NCBI GenBank assembly: GCA_049315425.1
Contig: JBMOKE010000002.1
Location: 951 to 64,950 of the forward strand
Source: Mycobacterium sp.
GTDB taxonomy: Bacteria > Actinomycetota > Actinomycetes > Mycobacteriales > Mycobacteriaceae
Direction: 5' to 3'
DNA length: 64,000 nt
Below the pieces are notes generated by a model, which had not been told where the DNA came from, made no database searches, and saw only the letters and a list, made by a program, of their open reading frames with translations. Positions 30,733 through 41,388 of this stretch are shown piece by piece; the stretch's first letter is position 1; each line of letters opens with the position of its first letter. The position numbers and the translations under genes were made by a program.

Positions 30733-31812
30733 TTAGACGTTGAACCGGAACTCCACCACGTCACCATCAGCCATCACGTAATCCTTACCCTCTATCCGCA
30801 CCTTGCCGGCCGCCTTGGCAGCTGCCATCGATCCCGCTGTCGTGAGGTCTGCGAAGGAGACCACTTCGGCCTTGATGAAGCCCTTCTCGAAGTCGGTGTG
30901 GATCACCCCGGCGGCCTTGGGCGCGGTATCGCCCTGGTGAATCACCCAGGCTCGGGACTCCTTGGGTCCGGCAGTCAGATAGGTCTGAAGCTTGAGGGTG
31001 TGAAAACCCGCCCGCGCCAGCGAGTCCAGCCCGCGCTCGTGCTGTCCGATCGACTCCAGCAGTTCGGCGGCGGACTCGTCGTCAAGCTCCTGTAACTCGG
31101 ACTCGATCTTGGCATCGAGGAACACCGCATCGGCCGGGGCGACCAGAGCGCGCAACTCAGCCATCTTGGCGTCGTCCCCTAACACCGACTCATCGGCGTT
31201 GAACACGTACAGGAACGGTTTGGTAGTCAACAGGTTCAGCTCGCGCAGCACGGCCGAATCAATCTTGGCGCCGGCCGCGAAAAGTGTGGTGCCCCCATCG
31301 AGCAACTGCTGGGCGGCCACCGCGGCCTCATGAACGGCCTTGCGGTCCTTGTTATTGCGGGCCTCCTTCTCCAGCCGCGGGACCGCCTTCTCCAGGGTCT
31401 GCATATCGGCGAGGATCAATTCGGTCTCGATCACCTCGATATCCGAGCGCGGGTCGACCTTTCCGTCGACGTGCACGACGTCGTCATCGGCGAAGACCCG
31501 GACCACCTGACAGATGGCATCGCACTCGCGGATGTTGGCCAGGAACTTGTTGCCCAGCCCGGCGCCCTCGGAGGCACCCTTCACGATCCCGGCGATGTCG
31601 ACGAAGGTCACCGGCGCCGGCAGGATCCGTTCGGAACCGAACATCTCGGCCAGTCGCGCCAGCCTGACGTCGGGCAGCGGGACCACTCCCTCGTTGGGTT
31701 CGATGGTGGCGAACGGGTAGTTGGCTGCCAGTACGTTGTTGCGGGTCAGCGCATTGAACAAGGTTGATTTTCCGACATTGGGCAGACCGACGATTCCGAG
31801 GCTCAAGCTCAC
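30733..31812 (-). CDS. ychF: Redox-regulated ATPase YchF
   Basis: [42 protein letters not shown]. Confidence 0.97.
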   Translation of the reverse strand: MSLSLGIVGLPNVGKSTLFNALTRNNVLAANYPFATIEPNEGVVPLPDVRLARLAEMFGSERILPAPVTFVDIAGIVKGASEGAGLGNKFLANIRECDAICQVVRVFADDDVVHVDGKVDPRSDIEVIETELILADMQTLEKAVPRLEKEARNNKDRKAVHEAAVAAQQLLDGGTTLFAAGAKIDSAVLRELNLLTTKPFLYVFNADESVLGDDAKMAELRALVAPADAVFLDAKIESELQELDDESAAELLESIGQHERGLDSLARAGFHTLKLQTYLTAGPKESRAWVIHQGDTAPKAAGVIHTDFEKGFIKAEVVSFADLTTAGSMAAAKAAGKVRIEGKDYVMADGDVVEFRFNV

Positions 31813-31890
31813 AGGGTCGAAGTCTAGGGCGCAGCGACACGGGAATGGGCACGGAGGGCAGGGCGCACGTCGAGCCGGTACGGTCTAGGA

Positions 31891-32940
31891 GTGCCAGCTC
31901 AGCGGACGGTCGCGGACGATCAACGCTCCGCGTTCGGGCACCGTGCGGGTCTGCAGTCGTGGGGTGCTGTGCTGATCGCGGTAACCGCAACCCTCGCCGG
32001 TTTCGCGATCGAAGCCGGTTCCGACAACGGCGAACTGGGCAGCACATTTGCAGCCTGTTACGCCCTGGGATGCATCGCCGCTGTACTGCTCGTCCGGCGG
32101 TCCAGCATCTTCACCGCCGTAGTCCAGCCGCCGCTGCTGTTGTTCGTCGCGGTTCCGTTGGCTTATTTCATCCTGCACGGTCCAACGTTCGGTGGATTCA
32201 AGGACATTGCGATCAACTGCGGGTACCCGCTGATCGAACGCTTCCCTCTGATGCTGTTCACCTCGGCCGCCGTACTGCTGATCGGGATGATCCGCTGGTT
32301 CCTGGCGATGTCACCCAACCCGCAATCGGTACCTGTCGACGACACCGCCGCGGGACTACCCACACAACCCGGCAGATTCGCTGAGTGGTCGGCGACGCTG
32401 TCCTCGGTGTTCGCGCGTTCTGGCGCGCGCGAGGCAGTCAGACGGCCGGCCAAACCGCGGCACGGAGCCGATCGCGCACCTGCCGGCCGGCGGCCCAGCC
32501 CGGAACGCAGGCCCAACGATCCCGCGCCGCCACGGTCACGTCGTCCTCGACCGCCACGCGAGGATTTCGATGACGCACCGCCGAGGCGGCGTCCGCCCCC
32601 GAGTCGTTCCGCGAGGAACCATGAGCCGCCGATGGACCCGCCACGGCGACGGCCGCGGGCGGACCGCGAACCCGGTCGTACACCCCCGCCGCCCCGCCGC
32701 GAACCCCGGGAACGGCGCGACGACCGCGGCCAGTACCCGCCGAGGCCGGCCCGACCCGGCCGCTTCGAGCCGTCGGAATCCGGGCGCGGGTATCCATCCC
32801 GCGATCCGTACCCGCCCTATGAGACCCCGCGCCGCCCGTCCTCCGGCACTCATCACCCGGTCTCCCGAGTTCGCTACCGCGAATCTGGCCCGACCGACGC
32901 AGACGACCTCGACGGCTACCGGAACCGGTCCGGCCGCTAG
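31891..32940 (+). CDS. Membrane protein with Arg/Pro-rich tail (Rv1111c-like)
   Basis: Four TM segments with VVQPPL and LIERFPLM, then a low-complexity tail; synteny. Confidence 0.75.
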   Translation: MPAQRTVADDQRSAFGHRAGLQSWGAVLIAVTATLAGFAIEAGSDNGELGSTFAACYALGCIAAVLLVRRSSIFTAVVQPPLLLFVAVPLAYFILHGPTFGGFKDIAINCGYPLIERFPLMLFTSAAVLLIGMIRWFLAMSPNPQSVPVDDTAAGLPTQPGRFAEWSATLSSVFARSGAREAVRRPAKPRHGADRAPAGRRPSPERRPNDPAPPRSRRPRPPREDFDDAPPRRRPPPSRSARNHEPPMDPPRRRPRADREPGRTPPPPRREPRERRDDRGQYPPRPARPGRFEPSESGRGYPSRDPYPPYETPRRPSSGTHHPVSRVRYRESGPTDADDLDGYRNRSGR

Positions 32941-32944
32941 GCCG

Positions 32945-33943
32945 TCAGGACCGCGGCCGGCGAATCTCGCGGGGTAGTGCGAAAACCAGAGTCTCGTTGG
33001 CGGTCGTCACGGTTTGCAGTGTGCCGTAACCCAACTCGGCGAGTCGTTCCAGGACGCCACGCACCAGAATCTCCGGCACGGAGGCACCCGAGGTCACCCC
33101 GACGGTCACCACGCCTTCAAGCCAATCAGTGTCAATATCCTCGGCATAGTCGACCAGGTGCGCGGCATCCGCGCCGGCGCCCAGTGCCACCTCGACCAGG
33201 CGCACCGAATTGGACGAGTTGCGGGAGCCGACAACGATGACGAGTTCGCACTCCGGCGCCATCGCCTTCACCGCGACCTGCCGGTTCTGCGTGGCGTAGC
33301 AGATATCGTCGCTGGGCGGATCCTGCAGCGTTGGAAACCGATTCCGCAGTCGCGCAACGGTTTCCATGGTCTCATCGACGCTAAGTGTGGTCTGCGATAG
33401 CCAGATCACCTTGCTTTCGTCACGCACAGTGACGTTGTCGACCCCATGTGGCCCGTCGACCAATTGGACGTGATCGGGAGCCTCACCGGCAGTGCCGATG
33501 ACCTCTTCGTGGCCCTCGTGGCCGATCAGCAGGATGTCGTAGTCCTCGCGGGCGAACCGCTTGACCTCGTTGTGAACCTTCGTCACCAACGGGCAGGTGG
33601 CATCGATCACCTGAAGGTTTCGTGCGGCGGCCGACTCATGCACGGTCGGTGCCACGCCGTGAGCTGAGAACACCACAATGGCACCTTCGGGCACCTCATC
33701 GGCCTCACCGACGAATACCGCTCCGGCTTCTGTCAGTGTCTCCACGACGTGACGGTTGTGCACGATCTCGTGGCGCACATATACCGGCGCGCCGTACTTC
33801 TCCAGAGCACGTTCGACGGTCTCCACGGCACGGTCGACGCCGGCACAGTACCCTCGCGGCTCAGCCAGCAGGACGCGCTTGTCGCCGCGATGTTTTTCCG
33901 AGCCGGCGGTGCCGGGAATCCCCATGTTGACGGTTGGCGGCAT
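32945..33943 (-). CDS. ispH: 4-hydroxy-3-methylbut-2-enyl diphosphate reductase
   Basis: [35 protein letters not shown]. Confidence 0.97.
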   Translation of the reverse strand: MPPTVNMGIPGTAGSEKHRGDKRVLLAEPRGYCAGVDRAVETVERALEKYGAPVYVRHEIVHNRHVVETLTEAGAVFVGEADEVPEGAIVVFSAHGVAPTVHESAAARNLQVIDATCPLVTKVHNEVKRFAREDYDILLIGHEGHEEVIGTAGEAPDHVQLVDGPHGVDNVTVRDESKVIWLSQTTLSVDETMETVARLRNRFPTLQDPPSDDICYATQNRQVAVKAMAPECELVIVVGSRNSSNSVRLVEVALGAGADAAHLVDYAEDIDTDWLEGVVTVGVTSGASVPEILVRGVLERLAELGYGTLQTVTTANETLVFALPREIRRPRS

Positions 33944-33997
33944 GTAATAAGCCTACGTTCTCCCCCACCCGAGCGGGCCAGTCGTAGTCTGGTGCGC

Positions 33998-34651
33998 ATG
34001 GCAACCGCACCGTACGGGGTCCGTCTGCTGGTCGGCGCGGCAGTGACGGCCATCGAAGAGACCCTCAAGCTGCCCCAAACCATCGCCATGTACCCGATGA
34101 CGCTGGCCAGCAACCTCGCGCAGATCGCGATGAAGATGCAGCAGGATCTGGCCGATCTCGCGATCAAGGGCGACTCGGCGCTGGAGGGCCTTTTCCCACC
34201 GCAGGATGAACAACCCGAGTGGGCCACCTTTGACGAGGACGACGCGGATAACCCGGCACCCTGGCCGGGCGATGGCGCACGCCGCACCGAGGGTCGGTTC
34301 GCGCTGTACTCGGTGACCGACGACGAGGACCCCGAGACCACGGTCAGGGCGACCACCAAAGCCGCGACCACCAAAGCCCCGACCACCAAACTCAGAACCG
34401 CCAAAGCCCCGACCACGAGGACAGCCAGAAAGTCAACACCGGGGACTCCGGCCACACCCGCAGTGGTGGCGCCCCCCATCGCGGTCGAACTCGACTACGA
34501 GTCGCTGACACTGGCACAACTCCGCGCCCGCATGCCCTCGCTGAGCGTCACCGACCTGCGGGCGTTGCTGGCCTACGAGGAGGCGGCCAAATCCCGCGCC
34601 CCGTTCCAGACCCTGTTGGCCAACAGGATCACCCGCGCGACCGCAAAGTGA
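33998..34651 (+). CDS. Lipid droplet-associated protein family (Rv1109c-like)
   Basis: [27 protein letters not shown]-terminal LLAYEE...[12 protein letters not shown]. Confidence 0.8.
   Translation: MATAPYGVRLLVGAAVTAIEETLKLPQTIAMYPMTLASNLAQIAMKMQQDLADLAIKGDSALEGLFPPQDEQPEWATFDEDDADNPAPWPGDGARRTEGRFALYSVTDDEDPETTVRATTKAATTKAPTTKLRTAKAPTTRTARKSTPGTPATPAVVAPPIAVELDYESLTLAQLRARMPSLSVTDLRALLAYEEAAKSRAPFQTLLANRITRATAK
34349..34423 (+). repeat. Degenerate 15-bp in-frame tandem array, 5 units
   Basis: GCGACCACCAAAGCC x2 followed by diverging copies; encodes [25 protein letters not shown]. Confidence 0.75.
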
Positions 34652-35904
34652 TGCGCGCTCCGGGCAGCGCTCCGGGTGGCGCTCCGGGTAGTTGCGTGGA
34701 AAACCCGTTTCCGGTCCGCGCGGTCGCCACCCGGGTGCAGGGCTGGATCGACAGACTGGGTGCGGTCTGGGTCGAAGGTCAGCTCACCGAGATCAAAGTC
34801 CGCAGTTCGACGGCCTACATGGTGTTACGCGATCCGGCCGCAGACATGTCACTGAGCGTTAACTGCAGCAGCGCGCTGGTGGGATCCGCGCCGGTGAAAC
34901 TAACCGAGGGTACCCAGGTGGTGGTACTGGGTAAACCGCAATTCAACCCCAGACGAGGGTCATTCGCACTGCGGCTCACTGAGATCCGCGCGGTCGGACT
35001 CGGCGAGCTGCTGGCCCGCATCGCGCGGCTGCGCCAGCTACTGGACGCCGAGGGCCTATTCGACCCGCGACTCAAACGGCCACTGCCGTTCCTGCCCAAC
35101 ATGGTCGGGCTGATCACCGGGCGGGCCGGGGCAGCCGAACACGATGTGACGACGGTGGCCGCCGCCCGGTGGCCGGCGGTTCGGTTCGCGATCCGCAACA
35201 CCGCGGTGCAGGGCACCGGGGCGGTAGCACAGATCGTCGAGGCCCTGCACGACCTCGATAACGATCCCGAGGTCGACGTCATCGTGATCGCCCGCGGCGG
35301 AGGCAGCGTCGAAGACCTGCTGCCGTTCTCCGATGAGACGCTGTGCCGGGCGATCGCCGCATGCCGAACACCGGTGGTGAGCGCAGTCGGACACGAGCCG
35401 GACAACCCGCTGTGCGATCTGGTCGCCGATGTCCGTGCAGCGACCCCGACCGACGCGGCCAAGAAGGTGGTGCCCGACGCGCTGGCCGAACTCAAGGGAG
35501 TTTCCGATCTGCGACGCCGCGGCGCGAGGGCCTTGCGCAACTGGGTCGGCCGCGAGTTGCACGGGCTGACGCAGTTGCGTAATCGGCCGGTGCTGGCCGA
35601 CCCCATGCGGTTGGTCACCGACCGCGCCGCCGAGCTGCACCGGGCCCGCGACGGGGCACGACGTGATATCAAGCGCATGGTGGCCACTGAGTCGGACCGG
35701 ATCGGGCATCTGGGTGCGCGCCTGACCACCCTGGGTCCGGCGGCCACCCTGGCGCGCGGATACGCCGTCGTACAGACGATCGAGGGTTCTGTTGCGGTGC
35801 TGCGCGCGGTGGCCGACGCTCCGGCCGGCACCCGGTTGAGGATCAGGGTTTCCGACGGCGCGGTGGGCGCCGTGAGCACCGGGCGAGAGGATGGTTCGCT
35901 ATGA
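34648..35904 (+). CDS. xseA: Exodeoxyribonuclease VII large subunit
   Basis: [40 protein letters not shown]. Confidence 0.95.
   Translation: MMRAPGSAPGGAPGSCVENPFPVRAVATRVQGWIDRLGAVWVEGQLTEIKVRSSTAYMVLRDPAADMSLSVNCSSALVGSAPVKLTEGTQVVVLGKPQFNPRRGSFALRLTEIRAVGLGELLARIARLRQLLDAEGLFDPRLKRPLPFLPNMVGLITGRAGAAEHDVTTVAAARWPAVRFAIRNTAVQGTGAVAQIVEALHDLDNDPEVDVIVIARGGGSVEDLLPFSDETLCRAIAACRTPVVSAVGHEPDNPLCDLVADVRAATPTDAAKKVVPDALAELKGVSDLRRRGARALRNWVGRELHGLTQLRNRPVLADPMRLVTDRAAELHRARDGARRDIKRMVATESDRIGHLGARLTTLGPAATLARGYAVVQTIEGSVAVLRAVADAPAGTRLRIRVSDGAVGAVSTGREDGSL
34655..34690 (+). repeat. 12-bp in-frame tandem repeat GCGCTCCGGGNN x3
   Basis: Encodes [12 protein letters not shown] at the XseA N-terminus. 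Confidence 0.85.
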
Positions 35905-36134
35905 GCGACAAACAGCAACAACCAAAGCCCGTCAGCGAACTCGGGTACGAGCAATGCCGCGACGAGCTGATCGATGTGGTGGGGGCTCTCGAGCAAGGCG
36001 GCCTTGACCTGGATGCATCACTGAAGCTCTGGGAGCGCGGCGAAGAGCTGGCCAAGCGTTGCGAGGAACACCTGGCTGGAGCGCAGGCCAGGATCGAGGC
36101 GGCGCTGGTGGCGGCGGAGGTGGACGAATCGTGA
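35901..36134 (+). CDS. xseB: Exodeoxyribonuclease VII small subunit
   Basis: [35 protein letters not shown]. Confidence 0.95.
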   Translation: MSDKQQQPKPVSELGYEQCRDELIDVVGALEQGGLDLDASLKLWERGEELAKRCEEHLAGAQARIEAALVAAEVDES

Positions 36135-36646
36135 GCTCAGTTCGTGATTTCCCGGTGGCCCATACCCCGCCTGGTGGCTATGGCGACCACAGTGTCGACC
36201 CCTATGACCGGAAATTTCCCGAACCGGTGTTGGCCGACTGCGACGAGCCGCTCACCGATGGCGCACCAGACCTGCGTGGGACATGGAAGGCAACCGAAGT
36301 GCTTCTCAACGGCGAACTCGCCCCCCATGGTGACAACTCGCTGGCGGGCAAGCTATGGAGACATAGCGAACGAATTGAGCAGGCCGGCAGTAGAGCCGTC
36401 ATTACCGGCGGTGGTGTCATTCACGATTTCATGGCGTGCGATGGGACCGAGGAGAACGGTGTGCACGACGTGATGGCGCACGACTTCACCACCCTGATAA
36501 CTGTTTCCGCCTCCTACGAAGACGGCGCGCTCGTTCTTCGGCCCAAAGGTTTGCCAGGCATCGAAGTCCGGCGTTGGCTCGACGGCAACCAACTGGTGTG
36601 GGAATACGCCGCAGGTTGCACTGTCCGCCTCGACCGCCTCGACTGA
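36131..36646 (+). CDS. Hypothetical protein, possibly beta-barrel (lipocalin-like)
   Basis: GTG overlaps the xseB TGA; DLRGTWK near the N-terminus; many short beta-like segments. Confidence 0.7.
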   Translation: MSSVRDFPVAHTPPGGYGDHSVDPYDRKFPEPVLADCDEPLTDGAPDLRGTWKATEVLLNGELAPHGDNSLAGKLWRHSERIEQAGSRAVITGGGVIHDFMACDGTEENGVHDVMAHDFTTLITVSASYEDGALVLRPKGLPGIEVRRWLDGNQLVWEYAAGCTVRLDRLD

Positions 36647-36742
36647 GGCGACCCGCGGGCCGGAATGGACCCGAATCGGACTCCGGCATTCGGGATCGGG
36701 CAAGATAACTCCGCGAACACTTCCCGCGGCGAAAGGGGCCTG

Positions 36743-37519
36743 ATGGTCGACAGCCGGGTCGCCGTCGTGATCGGCGGTGCCTCCGGGATTGGCTGGGCCA
36801 CCGCACGGTTGCTCGCCGATGAGGGTGCCCGGGTGACGATCGCCGACCGCAACAGCGACGGTGCCGCGGCGCGCGCCGCCGAGCTCGGCGATCCGCATAC
36901 CTGGGCCGCCGTCGAGGTCACCGACGAGGACAGCGTCGCGGCGCTCTTCGATGGCGTGGTGGACCGCGAGGGTGGCCTGCACGTGGTGGTCAACTGCGCC
37001 GGGTTCAGCGGGTTCGGACTGATCACTGAACTCGACGTCGAGCAGTTCCGCTCGGTGGTCGACGTCTGCCTCACCGGTGGCTTCCTGGTGATCAAGCACG
37101 CCGGCCGGCACTTCTCCCCCGGAGCGGCACTGGTCTCGCTCACCTCTCTCAACGCCCGTCAGCCGGCCATCGGCATGAGCGCGTACTGCGCGGCCAAAGC
37201 TGGACTCTCGATGCTCACCCAGGTCGCCGCGCTCGAACTCGGTCCGCGCGGTGTGCGAGTCAATGCCGTGGCTCCGGGGTTCGTGCACACTCCGCTGACC
37301 GAGGGCGCGGCGCTGATTCCCGGTGTTCTCGACGACTATGTCGAGAACACCGCTCTGGGCCGGGCCGGAACCCCCGAAGAGATCGCTGCCGCGGTGGCAT
37401 TCCTGTGCTCACCACAGTCATCGTGGCTCACCGGCGAAATCCTGGACCTCAACGGCGGGGCGCACCTCAAGCGCTACCCGAACATCCATGAGCACCTGAC
37501 GAAGCTGATGGGGCCCTGA
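36743..37519 (+). CDS. SDR oxidoreductase
   Basis: VIGGASGIG, NCAG, YCAAK, NAVAPG. Confidence 0.9.
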   Translation: MVDSRVAVVIGGASGIGWATARLLADEGARVTIADRNSDGAAARAAELGDPHTWAAVEVTDEDSVAALFDGVVDREGGLHVVVNCAGFSGFGLITELDVEQFRSVVDVCLTGGFLVIKHAGRHFSPGAALVSLTSLNARQPAIGMSAYCAAKAGLSMLTQVAALELGPRGVRVNAVAPGFVHTPLTEGAALIPGVLDDYVENTALGRAGTPEEIAAAVAFLCSPQSSWLTGEILDLNGGAHLKRYPNIHEHLTKLMGP

Positions 37520-37534
37520 CATGAAGGCAGCCAC

Positions 37535-38698
37535 GTGAAGACCGAGTTCACGCCCAGTCAGAAACGTGCACTGGCCATCGTGACGGGGATAGCTCTGCTT
37601 TTCGGAGCCTACTTCCTACGTCGCTATTTCATGTTGATCGTGATCGCAGCAGTCGTGGCCTACCTGTTCACTCCCCTGTACAACCGCCTGCGGGACAAGA
37701 CCAACGGTGGGCTGGCAACAACGCTGACCGTGTTGGCCGCTCTAGCTACCGTCGTCATCCCGGTCATTGCGGTGGTGTCCCTGGCGACCATCCAGGTTTC
37801 ACACATGCTGATCGGTGTTTCGGAATGGGTCAAGACAGCCGATCTGAACGCGCTGGGCGAAAAAGCCATCAACACCGTTAATCACCTGCTGGGCAAGCTG
37901 CCGTTCCAAACCACCACAATCACGCTTGAGTCACTACGGAGCAATCTCGGCAAGGTGGCTCAAACCATCGGTGAGTGGTTGCTGCGCACACTCAGCGGCG
38001 CCGCCGGTGGCGCAATAGGCCTCATCACCTCGGCCATCATTTTCCTCTACGTCTTGATATCGCTGTTGGGTAACAAGACCGAGTTGGTTACCTTGATCCG
38101 TCGGATGAACCCCCTCGGCGAGGAAGCCACCGACCTGTATCTGGCAAAAATGGGTGCCATGGTGAAGGGAACGGTCAAGGGCCAGTTCATCATTGCGCTT
38201 ATCCAAGGCACCCTCGGCGCGGCATCAATCTACATCGCTGGCTTCCATGACGCTTTCTTCGTCATCGCGATACTGCTGATCGCTCTGTCCGTCATCCCAC
38301 TCGGTAGCGGCATCGTGACAATTCCGTTCGGTATCGGGATGATGATCTTCGGGAACATCGCCGGCGGAGCGTTCGTGGTGCTGTTCCATCTCATCGGGAT
38401 CACCAACGTCGACAACCTGCTGCGGCCCATCCTGGTGCCGCGCGAGGCCCGACTCGACCCGGCGCTGATGCTGCTATCGGTGTTCTCCGGAATCGCCATG
38501 TTCGGCTTCTTCGGTATCGTGCTGGGACCGGTGTTGATGATCGTGATAGTCACCACGATCGCGGTGTATCTCGCGGTCTACAAGGGTGTGGCGATGGACG
38601 CTGAGTCGCCACCCGAACAGAAGCGCAAGCTTTTCAAGCGGCGGCGCTCCCAGGCGCATGCGACGCCCGCCGCCCCGACTACGCCAACCGCTCCCTGA
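37535..38698 (+). CDS. AI-2E/PerM family transporter (Rv1101c-like)
   Basis: Multi-TM; DNLLRPILV and GIVLGPVL. Confidence 0.85.
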   Translation: MKTEFTPSQKRALAIVTGIALLFGAYFLRRYFMLIVIAAVVAYLFTPLYNRLRDKTNGGLATTLTVLAALATVVIPVIAVVSLATIQVSHMLIGVSEWVKTADLNALGEKAINTVNHLLGKLPFQTTTITLESLRSNLGKVAQTIGEWLLRTLSGAAGGAIGLITSAIIFLYVLISLLGNKTELVTLIRRMNPLGEEATDLYLAKMGAMVKGTVKGQFIIALIQGTLGAASIYIAGFHDAFFVIAILLIALSVIPLGSGIVTIPFGIGMMIFGNIAGGAFVVLFHLIGITNVDNLLRPILVPREARLDPALMLLSVFSGIAMFGFFGIVLGPVLMIVIVTTIAVYLAVYKGVAMDAESPPEQKRKLFKRRRSQAHATPAAPTTPTAP

Positions 38699-39476
38699 GG
38701 AACTCCACCACCCGCTTGCGGGCCTCGTAGGCCTGCTGGCCGTCGACTTCGCGCACTTCCAGGGTCAGCACGGAATGTGCCATCCGGCCGAATCCACCGG
38801 GGTTGCCGGGCGAAGAGTCGATTTCGATAACCTCGAACGCGTCGCCCAGGCGATCCTTGAGCGTCGCGAAACGCTCCCCCGGCACCATCGGATCACCGCT
38901 GAACCGCAGACCCAACGCACATAGACCGTCCTCAGCGGCGCGCTTCTCGATGACCTTCATTTCCCGTTCGGACAGGCCAGGATCGCGTTTCTGCCTGGCC
39001 GTCAGCGCAATCGGCACCGAAGGCTGACTGAGCACCGGGGCCAGGACACTGTCATCCACGGCGGCGGCCAACGCGAAACCACCCGAGAAGCACTGACCGA
39101 TAACCCCGACGCCCCTGCCCGGTGTCTTGGCGTTCAGGTCACGGGCGAGTGCACGCAGATAATGGCTGATCGGACGGTCGGCGTTGGTGGCGAAGGCAGC
39201 GAATTCCTTTGCCACACAACCGCGCAGGATGACGCCCACAGCTCCCGGTCGCACGGCCGGCGCACCAGGCTTGCCGTAGAGCGACGGAATCACCACGGTG
39301 AAACCGTTTTCCACCAAATAATTCCCCAGCGCGAGCACACCGGGGTGCACACCAGGCATCTCCGGGATCAGAACGACGCCGGGACCGGAGCCCTTGCGGT
39401 AAACGTCGTAGGTGAAGCCTGCCGCGGCGAATGGCTCACATATCCAACCGTCGAGATTGGCAACAGGTGCGTTCAT
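38679..39476 (-). CDS. Dienelactone hydrolase family protein
   Basis: IPEMPG, GQCFSGG nucleophile Cys, AHSVLT. Confidence 0.8.
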   Translation of the reverse strand: MNAPVANLDGWICEPFAAAGFTYDVYRKGSGPGVVLIPEMPGVHPGVLALGNYLVENGFTVVIPSLYGKPGAPAVRPGAVGVILRGCVAKEFAAFATNADRPISHYLRALARDLNAKTPGRGVGVIGQCFSGGFALAAAVDDSVLAPVLSQPSVPIALTARQKRDPGLSEREMKVIEKRAAEDGLCALGLRFSGDPMVPGERFATLKDRLGDAFEVIEIDSSPGNPGGFGRMAHSVLTLEVREVDGQQAYEARKRVVEFLRERLA

Positions 39477-39485
39477 TGCGGAGTC

Positions 39486-40268
39486 CTATCGTTGTGCGGT
39501 AAGCGGCGGTTGAGTTTGGGTCGCGATCGCCAGAGTGCGGAAGTCCTCGTCGGTTCCCGCACCTGTGATCGCCAGTTGTACAGGCCCTGCCGGGCTGCCC
39601 AGCCGGGTGGTCCACACCGGCTCGGTGCCCTCACCGCCCCGATAGACAATCCATTTCACACCGTTGAGGTCTTGGGCACCATTGGGGTAGACGGAATCAT
39701 CGATCGACTGCACCAGAGCGGTCTCATCGGCGTTACTCTGCGTGAGACTGACGTACATCTTCGACGGCGCAATGTATCCGACACGGGTGAGCACCGCGCG
39801 CTGCCGCTCAGCGGTCCGCGGATCAATGCGCCCGGCCTCGATTCCTGCGCGGGTACCCGAGTTCGGCTGCCAGCCGGCAGGCAGCTTCGGCAGCCGGATC
39901 GGGAAGTTCAGCGCGTCGGCGTCGGCCTGCAGTGCTGCGGCCGCGTCATAGGTCGGAGCCATGCCGTCGGCCGGTCCATTGGGGCGAAACGAGCACATTC
40001 CCACCAGCCCGGCCAACACCATGCAGGCCACCACCAGCGGTGCCAGCGACCAGAACATGTCGCGGCCGTCCTGCAGCAGCCTCGGCTTGGCGGGTTTGGG
40101 AGCCGGAAGGCCGGCGACATCAGGTTTGGGAGCCGGAAGGCCGGCGACATCAGGTTTGGGAGCCGGAAGGCCGGCGACATCAGGTTTGGGAGCCGGAAAA
40201 CCGACGACCTCTGGGTCGCCAGCCAGAGGGCCGGCGACATCGGGTTCCTGGTCCGGCGGGCTCGTCAC
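39486..40268 (-). CDS. DUF4245 membrane-anchored protein (Rv1100-like) with N-terminal repeat expansion
   Basis: [13 protein letters not shown], one [18 protein letters not shown]; synteny with glpX. Confidence 0.8.
   Translation of the reverse strand: MTSPPDQEPDVAGPLAGDPEVVGFPAPKPDVAGLPAPKPDVAGLPAPKPDVAGLPAPKPAKPRLLQDGRDMFWSLAPLVVACMVLAGLVGMCSFRPNGPADGMAPTYDAAAALQADADALNFPIRLPKLPAGWQPNSGTRAGIEAGRIDPRTAERQRAVLTRVGYIAPSKMYVSLTQSNADETALVQSIDDSVYPNGAQDLNGVKWIVYRGGEGTEPVWTTRLGSPAGPVQLAITGAGTDEDFRTLAIATQTQPPLTAQR
40093..40198. repeat. 30-bp VNTR GGTTTGGGAGCCGGAAGGCCGGCGACATCA, 3 perfect copies plus a 16-bp partial
   Basis: Unit starts at 40093, 40123, 40153 and 40183; encodes ([10 protein letters not shown])n on the minus strand. 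Confidence 0.95.
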
Positions 40269-40322
40269 GGGTGTCAGTATCCCAGGTCTGGACGAACGAC
40301 GCGGTTCTGCGACAATCTGCGC

Positions 40323-41354
40323 ATGAGTGAAGCCCGTCGCCGCGAAGCCCCCGACCGCAACCTGGCCCTGGAGCTGGTTCGGGTTACCGAAGCCGGCGCG
40401 ATGGCTGCTGGCCGCTGGGTCGGCCGGGGCGATAAAGAGGGCGGCGACGGAGCCGCCGTCGACGCAATGCGCCAGCTGGTCAATACGGTGTCGATGCGCG
40501 GGGTGGTGGTGATCGGTGAGGGCGAGAAGGACAACGCACCGATGCTCTACAACGGTGAGGAAGTCGGCAATGGGGACGGACCGGCCTGCGACTTCGCTGT
40601 CGACCCCGTCGACGGCACGACCCTGATGAGCAAGGGCATGCCCAACGCGATCTCCGTGCTGGCCGTGGCCGAACGGGGAGCGATGTTCGACCCGTCAGCG
40701 GTGTTCTATATGAACAAGATCGCCGTGGGCCCCGATGCCGTCGACGTCATCGATATCAACGCACCGATCGGCGAAAACATCCGGCGCGTCGCGAAAGCAA
40801 AAAACTCTTCGGTCGCCGACCTCACGGTGTGCATCCTGGACCGGCCGCGTCACCAGCAGCTGATCGCCGAGGTGCGCGACGCCGGCGCACGGATCCGACT
40901 GATCACCGACGGTGACGTCGCAGGCGCGATCTCGGCCTGCCGGCCCGACTCGGGTACCGACATCATGGCAGGCATCGGTGGCACACCCGAGGGCATCATC
41001 ACCGCGGCGGCCATCCGCTGCATGGGTGGAGAGATCCAGGCGCAGCTGGCTCCAACAGACGATGCCGAACGGCAGAAGGCTCTCGACCGCGGTCACGATC
41101 TGAGCCGGGTGCTGGGCACCGAAGACCTGGTCTCCGGCGAGAACGTCTTTTTCTGCGCGACCGGAGTCACCGACGGCGACCTACTCAAAGGGGTCCGCTT
41201 CTTCGGCGGCGGCTGCACCACGCAGTCGATCGTCATGAGGTCCAAGTCCGGCACGGTCCGAACTATCGAGTCCTACCACCGGCTGTCCAAGCTCAACGAG
41301 TACGCCGCGGTGGACTTCACCGGAGACGCCTCGGCTACCCATCCACTTCCCTAA
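40323..41354 (+). CDS. glpX: Class II fructose-1,6-bisphosphatase
   Basis: [35 protein letters not shown]; start ATG 40323 within the 730-aa track ORF. Confidence 0.95.
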   Translation: MSEARRREAPDRNLALELVRVTEAGAMAAGRWVGRGDKEGGDGAAVDAMRQLVNTVSMRGVVVIGEGEKDNAPMLYNGEEVGNGDGPACDFAVDPVDGTTLMSKGMPNAISVLAVAERGAMFDPSAVFYMNKIAVGPDAVDVIDINAPIGENIRRVAKAKNSSVADLTVCILDRPRHQQLIAEVRDAGARIRLITDGDVAGAISACRPDSGTDIMAGIGGTPEGIITAAAIRCMGGEIQAQLAPTDDAERQKALDRGHDLSRVLGTEDLVSGENVFFCATGVTDGDLLKGVRFFGGGCTTQSIVMRSKSGTVRTIESYHRLSKLNEYAAVDFTGDASATHPLP

Positions 41355-41388
41355 GATCACCGTCTCCGAGAACGACGAAAAGGAACCC

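Noticed and set aside
39162-40322. Apparent 387-aa N-terminal fusion on GlpX
   Set aside because: The extension is the antisense read of the DUF4245 and dienelactone hydrolase genes; the real start is ATG 40323.
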